This document shows positions 45,629 to 56,323 of a DNA stretch of 64,000 nt, piece after piece. A program made the position numbers and the translations under genes. The first letter of the stretch is position 1. Each line of letters starts with the position of its first letter. The stretch comes from an uncultured Gemmatimonadota bacterium. Its GTDB lineage: Bacteria; JAAXHH01. The notes under the pieces were generated by a model, which saw nothing but the letters and a program-made list of their open reading frames with translations, was not told where the DNA came from and did no database searches. The stretch spans positions 2,464,001-2,528,000 of the forward strand of contig OX638340.1 of assembly GCA_951812955.1 (NCBI GenBank), written 5' to 3'.

Positions 45629-48337
45629 TCATTCCAGCGACCGGAGCAGGACGTCCTGGGCGGCTTCGAAACCGGGCGCGATCTCCAGGGCTTTCAGCGC
45701 GGCCTTCCTGGCGTCGTCCTTCCTTCCCGCCGCCAGGTACGCACGAGCCAGGTCGTATTGCGCCTGAACCCTGTCGGTGGTTTCAACCGCCAGTACCGCT
45801 TCGTAATCCGGAACGGCGAGATGAGGCCTCCCGTCCCCTTCGAACAAGCTGCCGCGCAGTTTCCGGACCTCCCCGTCAAAGGGATCGATCATGACGGCGC
45901 GTTCCAGAATTCGGAGTGCGTCCCCGCGCCTGCCTTGACGGGCATACAGCCGGGCCAGCGTCTTGCAGGACGCGATATCGTCCTCATCCACGGCCGTAAT
46001 CGCCTCGAGTACCTCCATCGCCGCTTCGGTGTTGTCCAGCTCGAGGTAGATTTCCGCCAGCAGTTCGTGAGGATTGCCGGGGTGCGTGTAATGCCCGTAG
46101 AGGGCCCGGGCGCGTTCGAGCGGCGACACGGCTTCTTCGAAACGCGCCTGTGCGTGCAATGCCTGGCCCAGCATAAGGTGGGCGTAGAAACTCTCCGGGT
46201 GGCCGTCGGCCATCTCCTCCAGTGCAGCCAGGGACAGCTTCTCGTTCCCCGGCGGCTTGAATCGAAGTACGCGCCGGAGTCCGGCGCTCCGCTTCCCGGC
46301 ATAGTCCGCGAAAGCCCGGTCGAGGTCGCCCATGGACACTCCCAGCACCTCGCGAACGATTTCAGCGGTGGTTCGATTCTCGTTGTACAGGTTCAGCATG
46401 CCCCGGACCGCGTCGAATCCAAAGGCGTCCACGATGTATTCCACGACGATCGAGGCCTGGTAGTAGGAAAGGACGACCTGGCCACGGGATTTAGGCCGGG
46501 TGAAACCCCGGTTCAGCTCGCTGACGGCGAGCAATTCGCCCTGGACCGCCGCCTCCGCAAATTCCGCCTCCAGGTCCATGTCCCACTCAGGTCGGGCGAG
46601 ACGGGTCTCGTAGACGGCGATGCCCTCCGCCAGCCAGCGGGGGATGCGGTTGCGCGTCTGCTGCAGATGGATGACGTGGACGTACTCGTGCCAGAGCGTC
46701 TGGCCCCAGTTGAACGTCCCCTTTTCCCGGGCGCGGGGTGAATTCGCTACCACTACCTCCCCGAAACAGACCCCGAGCAGGCCGCCGGTCCCCGGCACGC
46801 CGGCGATACGCACCATGAAGTCGTCGTTGTCCGGCAGGATCTCGACGAGCACGGGTTCATCCGGCACGAAGCCGTATCGCGGCGCGATCGTCCGGTGGGC
46901 TTCTTCGAGCAGGCCAAGGGCCATTTTACCGTAAACGGCATCTTCGTCGCGATGAAGCTTCAGCGTGAAACGGTCGCTGGTCCGGGTCTCGAAATCTTCG
47001 AAGGAATCGAGTAGCTCCAGCGTATTGTACGTGCGGGTATTGAAGGAGTCTTTGTCGAACGCCTGTTCAAGCATTCGCCGGCCTTCCGCCATCTCGCCGA
47101 CACGGGTCAGGTTGATCCCCAGCCCGGCATAGGCCGACCAGAGAGCGGGGTCGGTTTCGATCGCCCTGCGGCCCATTTCCACGGCCTCCCGGAACCGGTA
47201 GCGCCGCGTAAGTAGGTCGGCGATGACCTCATAGAGCCGGCCATAGGAAGGATTGATCCCGAGAACGCGCCTGCGCGCCGCTTCGTATTCGGCCTCGCGG
47301 CCCTGGCCATGATAGGCGGCGGCCAGCAGGGCATGGGTCTCCGGTGATTCCGGGTTGACAACCAGGGTTTGATTCAACTGGCCGATCGCATCGTCATAGG
47401 CTTCGTCCGTCAGGTGGAGTTCCGCGAGGAAATGGCGTCCCTCCATTAACGCTGGGTTGATCGCGAGCGCCTTCCGCACCGCGGCCTCCGCCTGTACCGC
47501 CTGTTTCTCCGCAAGCGCTTCGGCGAGTCCGATCAGGGCCGGTGGATAGTCGGGGTCGATTTTCAGTGCGTCTTCGAAGACGGAAACCGCCTCCGCCCGG
47601 TTGTGCTTGTCGAGGAAGAGGCGGCCCCACGCTACGTAGGCATCGATTAATTCGCTGTCGACACGGGTCGCCGCCGTCAGAAAGGTGTTGGCCTCGTGAA
47701 CCAGCTCAAGGTACTTCGCGGCGAGTCCCGCGGCCATCAGGTCCGGTGCGTTCGGCAGCCCATCCGTTCTGCTGCCTTTCAGTATGTCGCGGCACAGCTC
47801 GAGGGCTTCCGCCGTCCTGCCCGTCGTGAAATACACCTCCGCGAACCGGAGGGTGGCCAGGGAAGGCCTCCCCCGGGTAAACCGCCTGGCGTCCAGCGCA
47901 GACTCCGCTTCGTCGTACCTCCCCAGGCGCAGGTACAGGCTACCCAGCAACTCGCGCATCTCGTTCGTTGCGCCCGCGACCCCCGCCTCGCTCGAGGCAT
48001 CCGCCTTCCCCACCTCGCCCGTCAGAAGTTCGACGGCCTGCCCATACTGGCCGACAGACGCGTGAAGCCGGGCCAGCGCCAGGGTCATTTCAATACGGCG
48101 CGTCTCCTCCCCGCGGTCACGGGCTTCGGCGGTGAACAAGCGGGCATTCCGCCTCGAAATCTCCGATCGGAGTCCATCGATCCGGTCCACGTAGCGCTGG
48201 CGCGCCGCGCGTCCTTCTTCAAACGCTTCTTCGAAGGCGGCGCCGTCCTGGGCGGATGCTCGGGGACCGATTCCCGCCACGGTGAGCAGGAGTAAAACCG
48301 GGAGCAAATGGACGGATCGTATCATGACGGAACGCAC
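45629..48337 (-). CDS. secreted TPR-repeat protein with an embedded HExxH (HEYVH) metallopeptidase-like segment
   Basis: signal peptide; multiple TPR-like repeats; WHEYVHVIHL motif. Confidence 0.6.
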   Translation of the reverse strand: MRSVMIRSVHLLPVLLLLTVAGIGPRASAQDGAAFEEAFEEGRAARQRYVDRIDGLRSEISRRNARLFTAEARDRGEETRRIEMTLALARLHASVGQYGQAVELLTGEVGKADASSEAGVAGATNEMRELLGSLYLRLGRYDEAESALDARRFTRGRPSLATLRFAEVYFTTGRTAEALELCRDILKGSRTDGLPNAPDLMAAGLAAKYLELVHEANTFLTAATRVDSELIDAYVAWGRLFLDKHNRAEAVSVFEDALKIDPDYPPALIGLAEALAEKQAVQAEAAVRKALAINPALMEGRHFLAELHLTDEAYDDAIGQLNQTLVVNPESPETHALLAAAYHGQGREAEYEAARRRVLGINPSYGRLYEVIADLLTRRYRFREAVEMGRRAIETDPALWSAYAGLGINLTRVGEMAEGRRMLEQAFDKDSFNTRTYNTLELLDSFEDFETRTSDRFTLKLHRDEDAVYGKMALGLLEEAHRTIAPRYGFVPDEPVLVEILPDNDDFMVRIAGVPGTGGLLGVCFGEVVVANSPRAREKGTFNWGQTLWHEYVHVIHLQQTRNRIPRWLAEGIAVYETRLARPEWDMDLEAEFAEAAVQGELLAVSELNRGFTRPKSRGQVVLSYYQASIVVEYIVDAFGFDAVRGMLNLYNENRTTAEIVREVLGVSMGDLDRAFADYAGKRSAGLRRVLRFKPPGNEKLSLAALEEMADGHPESFYAHLMLGQALHAQARFEEAVSPLERARALYGHYTHPGNPHELLAEIYLELDNTEAAMEVLEAITAVDEDDIASCKTLARLYARQGRRGDALRILERAVMIDPFDGEVRKLRGSLFEGDGRPHLAVPDYEAVLAVETTDRVQAQYDLARAYLAAGRKDDARKAALKALEIAPGFEAAQDVLLRSLE

Positions 48338-48383
48338 AGTTAGTATGGAGTTAAATATATTATTGATAACGACTTATGGCGTA

Positions 48384-50951
48384 TTATCGAAATATAGACA
48401 GACGGGAATTTCCTGTCAAGAGAAAGCCATCCAGCACTTGCCTGGGTGAAGGACCGAGGGGTTCCGGCGGAGCGAAGTTATAAAGATCCCAGGACCGGCC
48501 GTTGGTGCGAATGACGACCGCGCCGCCCAGGTCCGTTCTGTACACTTCCGCTCCCCGCCGCCTGTATCGCTCGATGATCTGGGGCGAGGGGTGTCGGAAG
48601 CGGTTGTACATGCCGGCGGAAACGGCCACGGCCTCCGGGTCGACGGCGTTCAGGAAGGCGAAGCTGCTCGACGTGTTGCTCCCGTGATGGGGCGATTTGA
48701 GCACCGTACTTTTCAGTGTGGACGGCCAACGGCCGGTCGCGGCCTCCGCCCTTTCCTCGATGTCACCGGTCAGCAGCATGCTGAATTTACCGTAGAACAG
48801 GCGCAGGACCACAGACACCTCGTTGGCATGGTTTTTCGCGGCACCGGTCAGGAATAGGGGGTCGGGATGGAGAAATAGGCCGCGCACGTCGCCCAGAGCC
48901 GCCAGGGTGTCTCCCTTTACAACTGTACGGTACGGAATGCCGTGCAGGTCGACGGTCTCCCGCCATGCCCGGTAGGATCCGGACTCCGACGGCACGCCGC
49001 TCGAGACGACCTCGCCCACTTCCACGGACTCCACCACGGCCGAAAGTCCACCGTAGTGGTCCAGGTGTGGGTGGGTTACGATCATCGTATCCACGCGCCG
49101 GTAGCCCCCGGCGCGCAGGAAAGGCACGATGACGCGGGCGCCTGCGTCCCAGGTGGGCGACCTGGGACCGCCGTCGACCAGCAGGGTGCGCCCGTTGGGA
49201 CAGGCAATGAAGATGGCGTCGCCCTGTCCGACGTCGAGGACGGTGATCTCAAGCGACCGTTCGGGCAGCAGGCTGTAGCAGAAGAGCAGGATGGAAAGGG
49301 CCACCAGTCCCAGCCGTGCCCGGCGCTCCCGGGGAGCGCCGGGGTTCCAGAGCAGCAGCAGGCCGGCGGCATAAAACGACGCGAAAAAAAGGCCGGAAGG
49401 CGCCGGTACTTTTACCAGTGCGGTTGGCACGCTGGACAAGAACTTCGAGAGATGGATCATGACAAACAGGACCAGGGCGTTTGCGGCGCTGAACAGACGG
49501 GCTATTTCGAAGAAAAGGGGACCGGTCAGGGCGGTGAGAACGCCGAAGGTCGTATTCAGAAAGACCAGCGGCCCGATAAAGAGATTTGCGACCGCCGACA
49601 TCCAGGAAACCTGGTAGAACGTGCCCGCCACCACGGGCAGCGTGCCCAGCTGCGCCGCGATCGAGACCAGCAACCCGTCCCGCAGCCATCGGGACCACCA
49701 CTTCTCCGACCGGGAAAGCCGTTCGGGCAGCAGCTCTTTCATCCTGGGATAACCCGAGATGATGGCGTAGGTCGCGAGAAAAGAAAGCTGGAAGCTCAGG
49801 TCGAAAAGCGCCGAGGGCCAGATCAGGAGTATGACGACGGCCGCCACGGCCAGGATGTTGACGGTGTCGGTCTGCCGATCCAGCTGACGGCCTGCCAGAA
49901 AGAGCGCCGCCATGATCGTGGCCCGGATGACCGAAGGCGTCAGGTTGGTGATGAAGGCGTACAGCACCAGGACGCCCAGCGTGCCGGCTACGACGATGTG
50001 CCGCGGGAGTCTGAGGACGAAAAGCAGCGTATGGATCACCAGGGTGATCAGGCCGACGTGCAGTCCGGAAACGGCCAGGATATGGGCCAGGCCGATCGTC
50101 TTGAAGGTGTCGAGCAGCTCTTCGGGCAGCTGGCGCCGCGCGCCGAGGAGAATGCCTTTCAGCAGGGCGGCGGAATCACCCCGCATGGTCCGGTCGATTG
50201 ATCGCTCGATGCTGTTTCGGAGCGGGTCTATGACGCCGGTCTGCCAGGTGAACGACCGGTTGCGCCGCGTCACGCGATAGCTTGCGGGATCGCGCACGCT
50301 CACGAGCGCGTGGATTCCCCGGCTCTCGTAGTAGGTGCGCGCGTCGAAGCCGCCGGGATTCCGGGCAGGTTGCGGACGGCGCAGGCGGCCCGAAACGAGG
50401 ACCCGGTCGCCGTACCGGCCGGGGTCGATACCGTTGGTCAGGCGAACCTGAAGGCGTCCCGCTACCGGCGAATTACGGCCAGCCGCGGATTCCGACCCGG
50501 CCCGATCAGCCGGAAACCGTCCGGCGGCCGAAAATCGCCCGGTGGCCGGCGACATGCCACGGGATACCTCTGGAGTCCGCCCGGCAACACCAAGGGAGAT
50601 GGAATCAGCGTCCAGGGTGACGACCGTGAATCGGGATCTGACCTCGGGCGTGCGGACGATCGTGCCCGTCAGGGTGTGGCGCTCCCGCTGGTCGCTGAGT
50701 CGCCGGATGTCGTTAGACGGCACGACCCGCATCTGCGCCGCGTACCAGAAAGCGCCCGCGAACACGAGGCACAGGGCCATGCAGATCCGTGGGGATATAG
50801 CGGCGGGACCACGGGTGCGGTAGAGCACGTAACCGGACGCGATAGCCGCCATAGAACACAGCGCGAAAAGCATCGGAGATACGGCGACGCGATGACCCAG
50901 CAGGATACCGAGTACGTAGCAGACCGCGATGAACAGGGCCGGGCGCCGCAT
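48384..50951 (-). CDS. comEC: DNA internalization competence protein ComEC/Rec2
   Basis: polytopic competence domain plus a C-terminal metallo-beta-lactamase segment (VTHPHLDHYGG). Confidence 0.85.
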   Translation of the reverse strand: MRRPALFIAVCYVLGILLGHRVAVSPMLFALCSMAAIASGYVLYRTRGPAAISPRICMALCLVFAGAFWYAAQMRVVPSNDIRRLSDQRERHTLTGTIVRTPEVRSRFTVVTLDADSISLGVAGRTPEVSRGMSPATGRFSAAGRFPADRAGSESAAGRNSPVAGRLQVRLTNGIDPGRYGDRVLVSGRLRRPQPARNPGGFDARTYYESRGIHALVSVRDPASYRVTRRNRSFTWQTGVIDPLRNSIERSIDRTMRGDSAALLKGILLGARRQLPEELLDTFKTIGLAHILAVSGLHVGLITLVIHTLLFVLRLPRHIVVAGTLGVLVLYAFITNLTPSVIRATIMAALFLAGRQLDRQTDTVNILAVAAVVILLIWPSALFDLSFQLSFLATYAIISGYPRMKELLPERLSRSEKWWSRWLRDGLLVSIAAQLGTLPVVAGTFYQVSWMSAVANLFIGPLVFLNTTFGVLTALTGPLFFEIARLFSAANALVLFVMIHLSKFLSSVPTALVKVPAPSGLFFASFYAAGLLLLWNPGAPRERRARLGLVALSILLFCYSLLPERSLEITVLDVGQGDAIFIACPNGRTLLVDGGPRSPTWDAGARVIVPFLRAGGYRRVDTMIVTHPHLDHYGGLSAVVESVEVGEVVSSGVPSESGSYRAWRETVDLHGIPYRTVVKGDTLAALGDVRGLFLHPDPLFLTGAAKNHANEVSVVLRLFYGKFSMLLTGDIEERAEAATGRWPSTLKSTVLKSPHHGSNTSSSFAFLNAVDPEAVAVSAGMYNRFRHPSPQIIERYRRRGAEVYRTDLGGAVVIRTNGRSWDLYNFAPPEPLGPSPRQVLDGFLLTGNSRLSIFR

Positions 50952-51076
50952 GAGCTGCTGTTTCTCTCCATAAAGTGAAGGCGGTCGACAGGATGAGAGG
51001 CTGAATCCGGTGATATGGGTTTTCCACCAGGATTACCTGCTTACTAAGCCATTTCGCTCACCGGTTGCGATATCCT

Positions 51077-51769
51077 TTAGTCCCCCACGATCTTCCCGTC
51101 ACGCAGTCGCAGGATCCGGTCGCAGTGCCTGGCGACGTGCTCTTCATGGGTCACCAGCACGATCGTATGTCCGTCCCCGTTCAGGCGATCGAATATCGCC
51201 ATGACCTCCTCCCCGGTCCCGCTGTCCAGGTTTCCGGTGGGTTCGTCCGCCAGAATGATGGACGGTTCGTTGACCAGCGCACGGGCGATGGCCACACGCT
51301 GGCGTTGTCCGCCGGACATCTCGTTGGGCCGGTGGCGGGCCCGGTCGGCGACACCCACCGCGTCCAGGGCCTCCATGGATCGTCGACTCCTTTCCATTCT
51401 GTTCATCCCACGGTAGAGGAGCGGCAATTCCACATTGCGCAGGGCGTCCATTCTCGGAAGCAAGTTGAAAGCCTGGAACACGAACCCGATCTTGCGGTTC
51501 CGGATGAAAGCCTGTTCATCGTCCGAAAGGTCTCCAACCGGTCTGCCGTCAAGTTCGTAGCTGCCCGCCGTCGGCGTATCCAGGCAACCCAGGATGTTCA
51601 TCAGGGTGGATTTCCCGGAACCCGACTGCCCCATCACAGCTACGTACTCACCCCGGTCTATGGTGGCGGAGACGCCCCGGAGCGCGGTAATGCGGTCGCC
51701 TCCCATGGGGAAGGACTTATGCAGGTTTACGATGGAGATAAGGGACGAGGAACGGATGGATCGATGCAC
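51077..51769 (-). CDS. ABC transporter ATP-binding protein (MacB/LolD type), GTG start
   Basis: Walker [10 protein letters not shown], signature [15 protein letters not shown]; AGGAAG SD before the GTG. Confidence 0.85.
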   Translation of the reverse strand: MHRSIRSSSLISIVNLHKSFPMGGDRITALRGVSATIDRGEYVAVMGQSGSGKSTLMNILGCLDTPTAGSYELDGRPVGDLSDDEQAFIRNRKIGFVFQAFNLLPRMDALRNVELPLLYRGMNRMERSRRSMEALDAVGVADRARHRPNEMSGGQRQRVAIARALVNEPSIILADEPTGNLDSGTGEEVMAIFDRLNGDGHTIVLVTHEEHVARHCDRILRLRDGKIVGD

Positions 51770-51812
51770 GACGGCTTCCTGTGACCGGGTGTGTGATTCG
51801 GTTCTATACAGG

Positions 51813-51843
51813 TATAGTCGTGGTTAAATGGGAAATCTCGTAC
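51813..51843. repeat. copy 1 of a conserved ~30-nt element (TATAGTCGTGGTTAAATGGGAAATCTCGTAC), 44 nt upstream of the ABC ATPase start
   Basis: three near-identical copies in the window (see also 53613-53644 and 58476-58506). Confidence 0.6.
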
Positions 51844-51913
51844 GGGTTGCTGAATTGACAGGGTGTTCTCAATACCTGGAGTATGTTGTCAATACAAATG
51901 GTAACCAGTTGGG

Positions 51914-52597
51914 TTGACGGGACGTTTGCATCTCTATACCATAGTCGTTGCCCCTAATCATGAAATTGCCCCTGACCAAGGAACCAGTGACATGTCCGCT
52001 CCCGCCTCACGCATGAATGCCCGGCTATTTCTTTACGCAGCTGTCGCAGCCCTCGTCGCATTTAGCATCACCCTCTTCTGGCGCAATTATCAACAAAATC
52101 AAGACCTTCAGATTCTGCAGCATGGGCTATACAACGCCCAGGTAGAAATCCGCGTGCTGCAGGCGACCAATATGTTCGGGGCGCCCTTTATCACCCCCTT
52201 CCCCATGGTCGACCAGCACGGCCAACCTGCTGCATTACCGAATTTCGGTAATGGTCACCTGCTCCTCCTGTTTTTTAATGCGACGCATAGTCCATTTCGC
52301 CTCGACCTGATGTCTACATTTGGGTCGGTGATCGGAGACAATGTCCCGGTTATCGGCATTCTCCAGGCAGAATCGGCCGAGGAGATCTCGCCGATCGTGG
52401 ATCAATTCAGGTACAGCTTTCCGGTGTATCTGGCCGTCGATTCGCCCTTTGATCTGCCGTTTACACCCTACTGCGTGCTGATCGATGGATCCGGCAACGT
52501 GGTACACCTGTCACCCATCGCACCCGTCGGGTCCGCCGATACCCGATCGGTGGAGGCACTTATTTCGGAATTTGCGCAGTTGCTAGAGGGCGGGTAA
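51914..52597 (+). CDS. membrane-anchored TlpA-like thioredoxin-fold protein lacking the CxxC motif (probable start at the internal Met about 51992)
   Basis: TM helix then a redoxin-like fold with LLLLFFNATHSPF in the position of the WCxxC active site. Confidence 0.45.
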   Translation: MTGRLHLYTIVVAPNHEIAPDQGTSDMSAPASRMNARLFLYAAVAALVAFSITLFWRNYQQNQDLQILQHGLYNAQVEIRVLQATNMFGAPFITPFPMVDQHGQPAALPNFGNGHLLLLFFNATHSPFRLDLMSTFGSVIGDNVPVIGILQAESAEEISPIVDQFRYSFPVYLAVDSPFDLPFTPYCVLIDGSGNVVHLSPIAPVGSADTRSVEALISEFAQLLEGG

Positions 52598-52681
52598 GCC
52601 TTTTGCGCAACCTGGTGTGAAGTATCACCGGGCACCCGAAATGACGAATATGTACAATGTAAAACAAGGAGTAGCCTGATC

Positions 52682-53176
52682 ATGATCACTATTCACAAGG
52701 TGTTAATGGTATTATTGGTCCTGTCTGTAACCGCTTGTGGCGATGATGGTCAACCGAAGCAGGCAGGTCAATCGCAAATGGCTGGCCAACCGGACCAGGT
52801 TGGTCAAACGCCAACGGCAAGCCGACCGGACCCTGTGGCCGACCAGAAAGCTGGTATTTATCGGCCCACTACGGTGGACACGAAAGCTGAGATTGTTTAT
52901 TTTCCCCCTGTTCCCACCGACGTCGTCGATCTCGAATTCGATGGCCTCACAGTGATACAACTCGTTGTTGGTACTAATGGCAATGTAGACACGGCATTCG
53001 TCGAAAGATCGTCAGATCGCGTTTCTGTGGACTCTCTGATGCTGGACGTGGCTAAAAAAATGGTCTGGACGCCGGCAGTACATGACGGTGCCCGGGTAAA
53101 GATGCGAACCTCGATCCCGTTTATGTTCAAGATACCCACTCCAACCCCTGGCGAGGAGACCGTCACCGAGGAATAA
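52682..53176 (+). CDS. lipoprotein with a TonB C-terminal-like domain
   Basis: lipobox LSVTAC; Pro/Gln-rich linker; C-terminal about 90 aa TonB_C-like. Confidence 0.5.
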   Translation: MITIHKVLMVLLVLSVTACGDDGQPKQAGQSQMAGQPDQVGQTPTASRPDPVADQKAGIYRPTTVDTKAEIVYFPPVPTDVVDLEFDGLTVIQLVVGTNGNVDTAFVERSSDRVSVDSLMLDVAKKMVWTPAVHDGARVKMRTSIPFMFKIPTPTPGEETVTEE

Positions 53177-53534
53177 GGATCAACGTGAGATACCCCGCAG
53201 ATCGACCGTGAATGCCCTCGTCTTATCAAACCTGCTGTTTCGTTTCGAAGGAGTTACATATCCGGGCGAAGGCCCAAGCAGGCCTTCTATCCGGGAATTA
53301 CGCACGCCCAGGTGCGCAATCCGTTTTTCAATCTACGAAACCCGCTCATCAAGGTGGGCGATACGGTCGCCCAGGCGTATATCGAGTTGAGATATGCGGG
53401 TATCGAGGCTGCGCCAGACAAAGAGCAGGATCCCGATTGCGACGACATTGCTTATGACGTTTGTGGCGTCCACGATCATCTCTTGACTATGTTATTTAAA
53501 AAGTTCCAGCTTCGACATCCTTCGATCTACCTGG

Positions 53535-53612
53535 TTCTGCCAGAACCGGATTGGCCCGAAACGGCCACGTATTCGCCCCGGTTAATGGTGGCGTATACAC
53601 CCCGCAACGCGG
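53535..53612 (-). pseudogene. 5'-deleted fragment of an ABC ATPase gene paralogous to 51077-51769
   Basis: about 75% nt identity to 51640-51700 (codons 26-58 of the intact ATPase) with frame-breaking indels; joined directly to element copy 2, implying a ~115-nt deletion that removed the start codon. Confidence 0.5.
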
Positions 53613-53644
53613 TATAGTCGTGGTTTGGTGGGAAATCTCGTAAC
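53613..53644. repeat. copy 2 of the conserved ~30-nt element
   Basis: TATAGTCGTGGTTTGGTGGGAAATCTCGTAAC. Confidence 0.6.
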
Positions 53645-53793
53645 AAAAGGCTTTGACAAGGAAAGTGTAAGTGTCGTTCGAATGAAAGAGCATTGTACTG
53701 TGGTCAGGAGGTAATTACTTACCATAGACCCGAACGGCTGAAGCAAATGGTGCTAAGAAACAACCACAATCAGAAGTGTTACTTGCTACTGCC

Positions 53794-56193
53794 TTATTCT
53801 GCTTTGAGTGCATCAGCAGGATTCGCCGTCGCGGCTTTCAGCGCATGGTATCCGACCGTAAACCAAGTGATCGTAAGCGCGGCGAGCCCCGTGAGAATGA
53901 ACATCCACAAACCTATTTCGATACGGTACGGAAAACCTTCCAGCCACCCCTGCATGATGTAGTAACTGATAGGTACGCCAAGAACGAGAGCGATCAGGAT
54001 CAGCCAGGTAAAGTCCTTCGACAACAGCAGGATGACGTTCGAAACCGTCGCACCGACTGCCTTGCGAACGCCGATCTCCCTGGTCCGCTGTTCGGCCATG
54101 TAGGACGCCAGTCCCAACAAGCCCAGACAGGCGATCAGAATGGAAAGCGTCGCTCCGGCGATGAAGACGGACCCCAGCCGTTGTTCGGCGGCGTACTTTT
54201 GCTCGAGATCCTGGTCGAGGAAGTAGAATTCCATGGCGGGATGGTTCGGATAGGTTTCGCGCCACTGGTCCTGCAGTATTTCAAGTCCCTGGGTAAGGCT
54301 CTGGCTGCGCAGCCTGGCTACCATCGTATTGCCACCTTCCCAAAACAGAATCAAAAGCGGTTCAATGCGTTGGTGTAGCGTATGGTAGTGGAAATCCGCC
54401 ATGACGCCGACAACGTGCATTGGAGGATAGTCGGGTGTATGGGTATAGGTAAACGTCTTACCAATCGGGTCTTCCCATCCAAAAGACCTGGCAGCCGTTT
54501 CGTTGATAAGAACTGAGTAGTTGTCCGAAGCGACTGCGCGAGAAAACGTACGTCCCGATATTATCTCGATGCCCATTGTTTCTACGAAGTCGAAACCGGT
54601 CCAGATTGTGGGGATGAGCGGGGTATCCTCCACGATATATCCTTCCGGCTGAATGAAACTGGTAGCAGTTAGTCTGCCGGGCACGCTGGTTGTTGTGCTC
54701 AGGTTTACGATTTCAGGATACTGCATCACCTTGTTCCGGAAGGCCGGGAAACCCTGGACGGTCTCATAATCAGGCAGTCGTATAACTACCACGTGCTCTT
54801 TATCGAATCCCAGTTTCTTGTTTCCGATGTACTCCAGTTGCTCCAGTATAACCAACATTCCGACGATCATGATGATCGAGACGACGAACTGGAAGGTGAT
54901 CAGCGCTTTTCTGATAAGCGACGGTGAAACTCCCGTCTTCAACGCTCCGCTAAGTACGACAGCCGGCCTGAAAGAGGAAAGTACGAGGGCTGGGTATCCT
55001 CCGGCGATAATCCCGGTACAAAGTGCGATGGCCGCCAGGGCCGGCATCAGCCACGTGGATTGATAATCCATCTCCAGTGCCTTTCCCGAAAACCGGCTGA
55101 ACTCGGGCAGGAGCAGGTGTACCAGTGCCAGCGCCACGGCCAGGGCGATGAAGGCGAAGAAAACCGACTCGCCGATGAATTGCCCGATCAACTGGACCCG
55201 CTGGGCGCCCAGCACTTTCCGAATACCGACCTCCTGCGCCCGTCGTGCCGAACGGGCCGTGGATAGGTTCATGAAGTTCACGCAGGCGATCAGCAACATG
55301 AATATAGCCACCGAGGTGAAGATGTAGACATATCGAATGTCGCTGTTCGCTTTTATCTCAAGTTTGAAATTGGAGTGCAGATGGATATCGGTGAGCGGCT
55401 GCAGATAGGGTCTGAATTCCATGCCCAGCGTCTCCAGTCGTTCACCGAGGTGCCTTACCGGAAACTGGGGAAGTTTGTCTTCCAGGTCTTCCGGCGCGTA
55501 TCCCTCTTGAATCAGGAGATAGGTATACAGGGTTCTGTCCATGTTCTGGATCGTGGTCGGCTCGTTGTATATCCCGCTCGCCGAGAGAGTGGAAAACGAA
55601 GCAAGAAAGTCGGCGCGAAAATGCGAGTTCTTTGGCATATCGCGCATGATGCCCGTGACGGTAAACATGTAGATTTCGTCTGCGGAAATCACTTTCCCAA
55701 TCGGGTTCTCATTCCCGAAAATCATCTCCGCCATGGTTTCGGAAACGACAACGGTATGGGGTTTAGTCAGGGCCGTCTGGGGATTGCCCTGAACCAGAGG
55801 GAAGGTGAAAATGTCAAATACGGTTGAATCCGCAAAAATGAAGTATTTCTCCTCATAACTTTTTTCTTCGTAACCAATGAGCCAACTGGAATCCGGCGGC
55901 TTCCACCGGGTGAACTGCTCAATTTCTGGATACTCCTCCTTCAGGACCGGACCCCACGCTGATGGCGTCCTCGCCCATTCGTCCGTTCTGCCTTCCGCGG
56001 TACCAGATACCACTATTCGGTAAATCCGGTCTTTGCGCTCGTGGTGCTGATCGTAACTGAGCTCGTCCTCCACGTAGAGCAGGATCAGAATGCAGGAAGT
56101 CAGACCGATGGCCAGACCCAGGACATTAATCGTGGAATAGCCCCTGTGCCTGAACAGGTGCCTCAAAATGACGGTAACGTAGTTTCTGAACAT
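53794..56193 (-). CDS. ABC transporter permease with two FtsX domains (MacB-like, about 800 aa)
   Basis: MacB_PCD-like N-terminus and two four-TM FtsX modules. Confidence 0.85.
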   Translation of the reverse strand: MFRNYVTVILRHLFRHRGYSTINVLGLAIGLTSCILILLYVEDELSYDQHHERKDRIYRIVVSGTAEGRTDEWARTPSAWGPVLKEEYPEIEQFTRWKPPDSSWLIGYEEKSYEEKYFIFADSTVFDIFTFPLVQGNPQTALTKPHTVVVSETMAEMIFGNENPIGKVISADEIYMFTVTGIMRDMPKNSHFRADFLASFSTLSASGIYNEPTTIQNMDRTLYTYLLIQEGYAPEDLEDKLPQFPVRHLGERLETLGMEFRPYLQPLTDIHLHSNFKLEIKANSDIRYVYIFTSVAIFMLLIACVNFMNLSTARSARRAQEVGIRKVLGAQRVQLIGQFIGESVFFAFIALAVALALVHLLLPEFSRFSGKALEMDYQSTWLMPALAAIALCTGIIAGGYPALVLSSFRPAVVLSGALKTGVSPSLIRKALITFQFVVSIIMIVGMLVILEQLEYIGNKKLGFDKEHVVVIRLPDYETVQGFPAFRNKVMQYPEIVNLSTTTSVPGRLTATSFIQPEGYIVEDTPLIPTIWTGFDFVETMGIEIISGRTFSRAVASDNYSVLINETAARSFGWEDPIGKTFTYTHTPDYPPMHVVGVMADFHYHTLHQRIEPLLILFWEGGNTMVARLRSQSLTQGLEILQDQWRETYPNHPAMEFYFLDQDLEQKYAAEQRLGSVFIAGATLSILIACLGLLGLASYMAEQRTREIGVRKAVGATVSNVILLLSKDFTWLILIALVLGVPISYYIMQGWLEGFPYRIEIGLWMFILTGLAALTITWFTVGYHALKAATANPADALKAE

Positions 56194-56323
56194 GACGTAT
56201 TATCAGTGCCGATTTATGGACGATCGTAGAGATCGCTTAATAGCGTGCTCGACTATGTTCAGAGTGCTTTCCACGTGCAAAGTGCTTCGGTTTTCGTAAT
56301 CTGGATGCCCCGTCCATCGTCGG

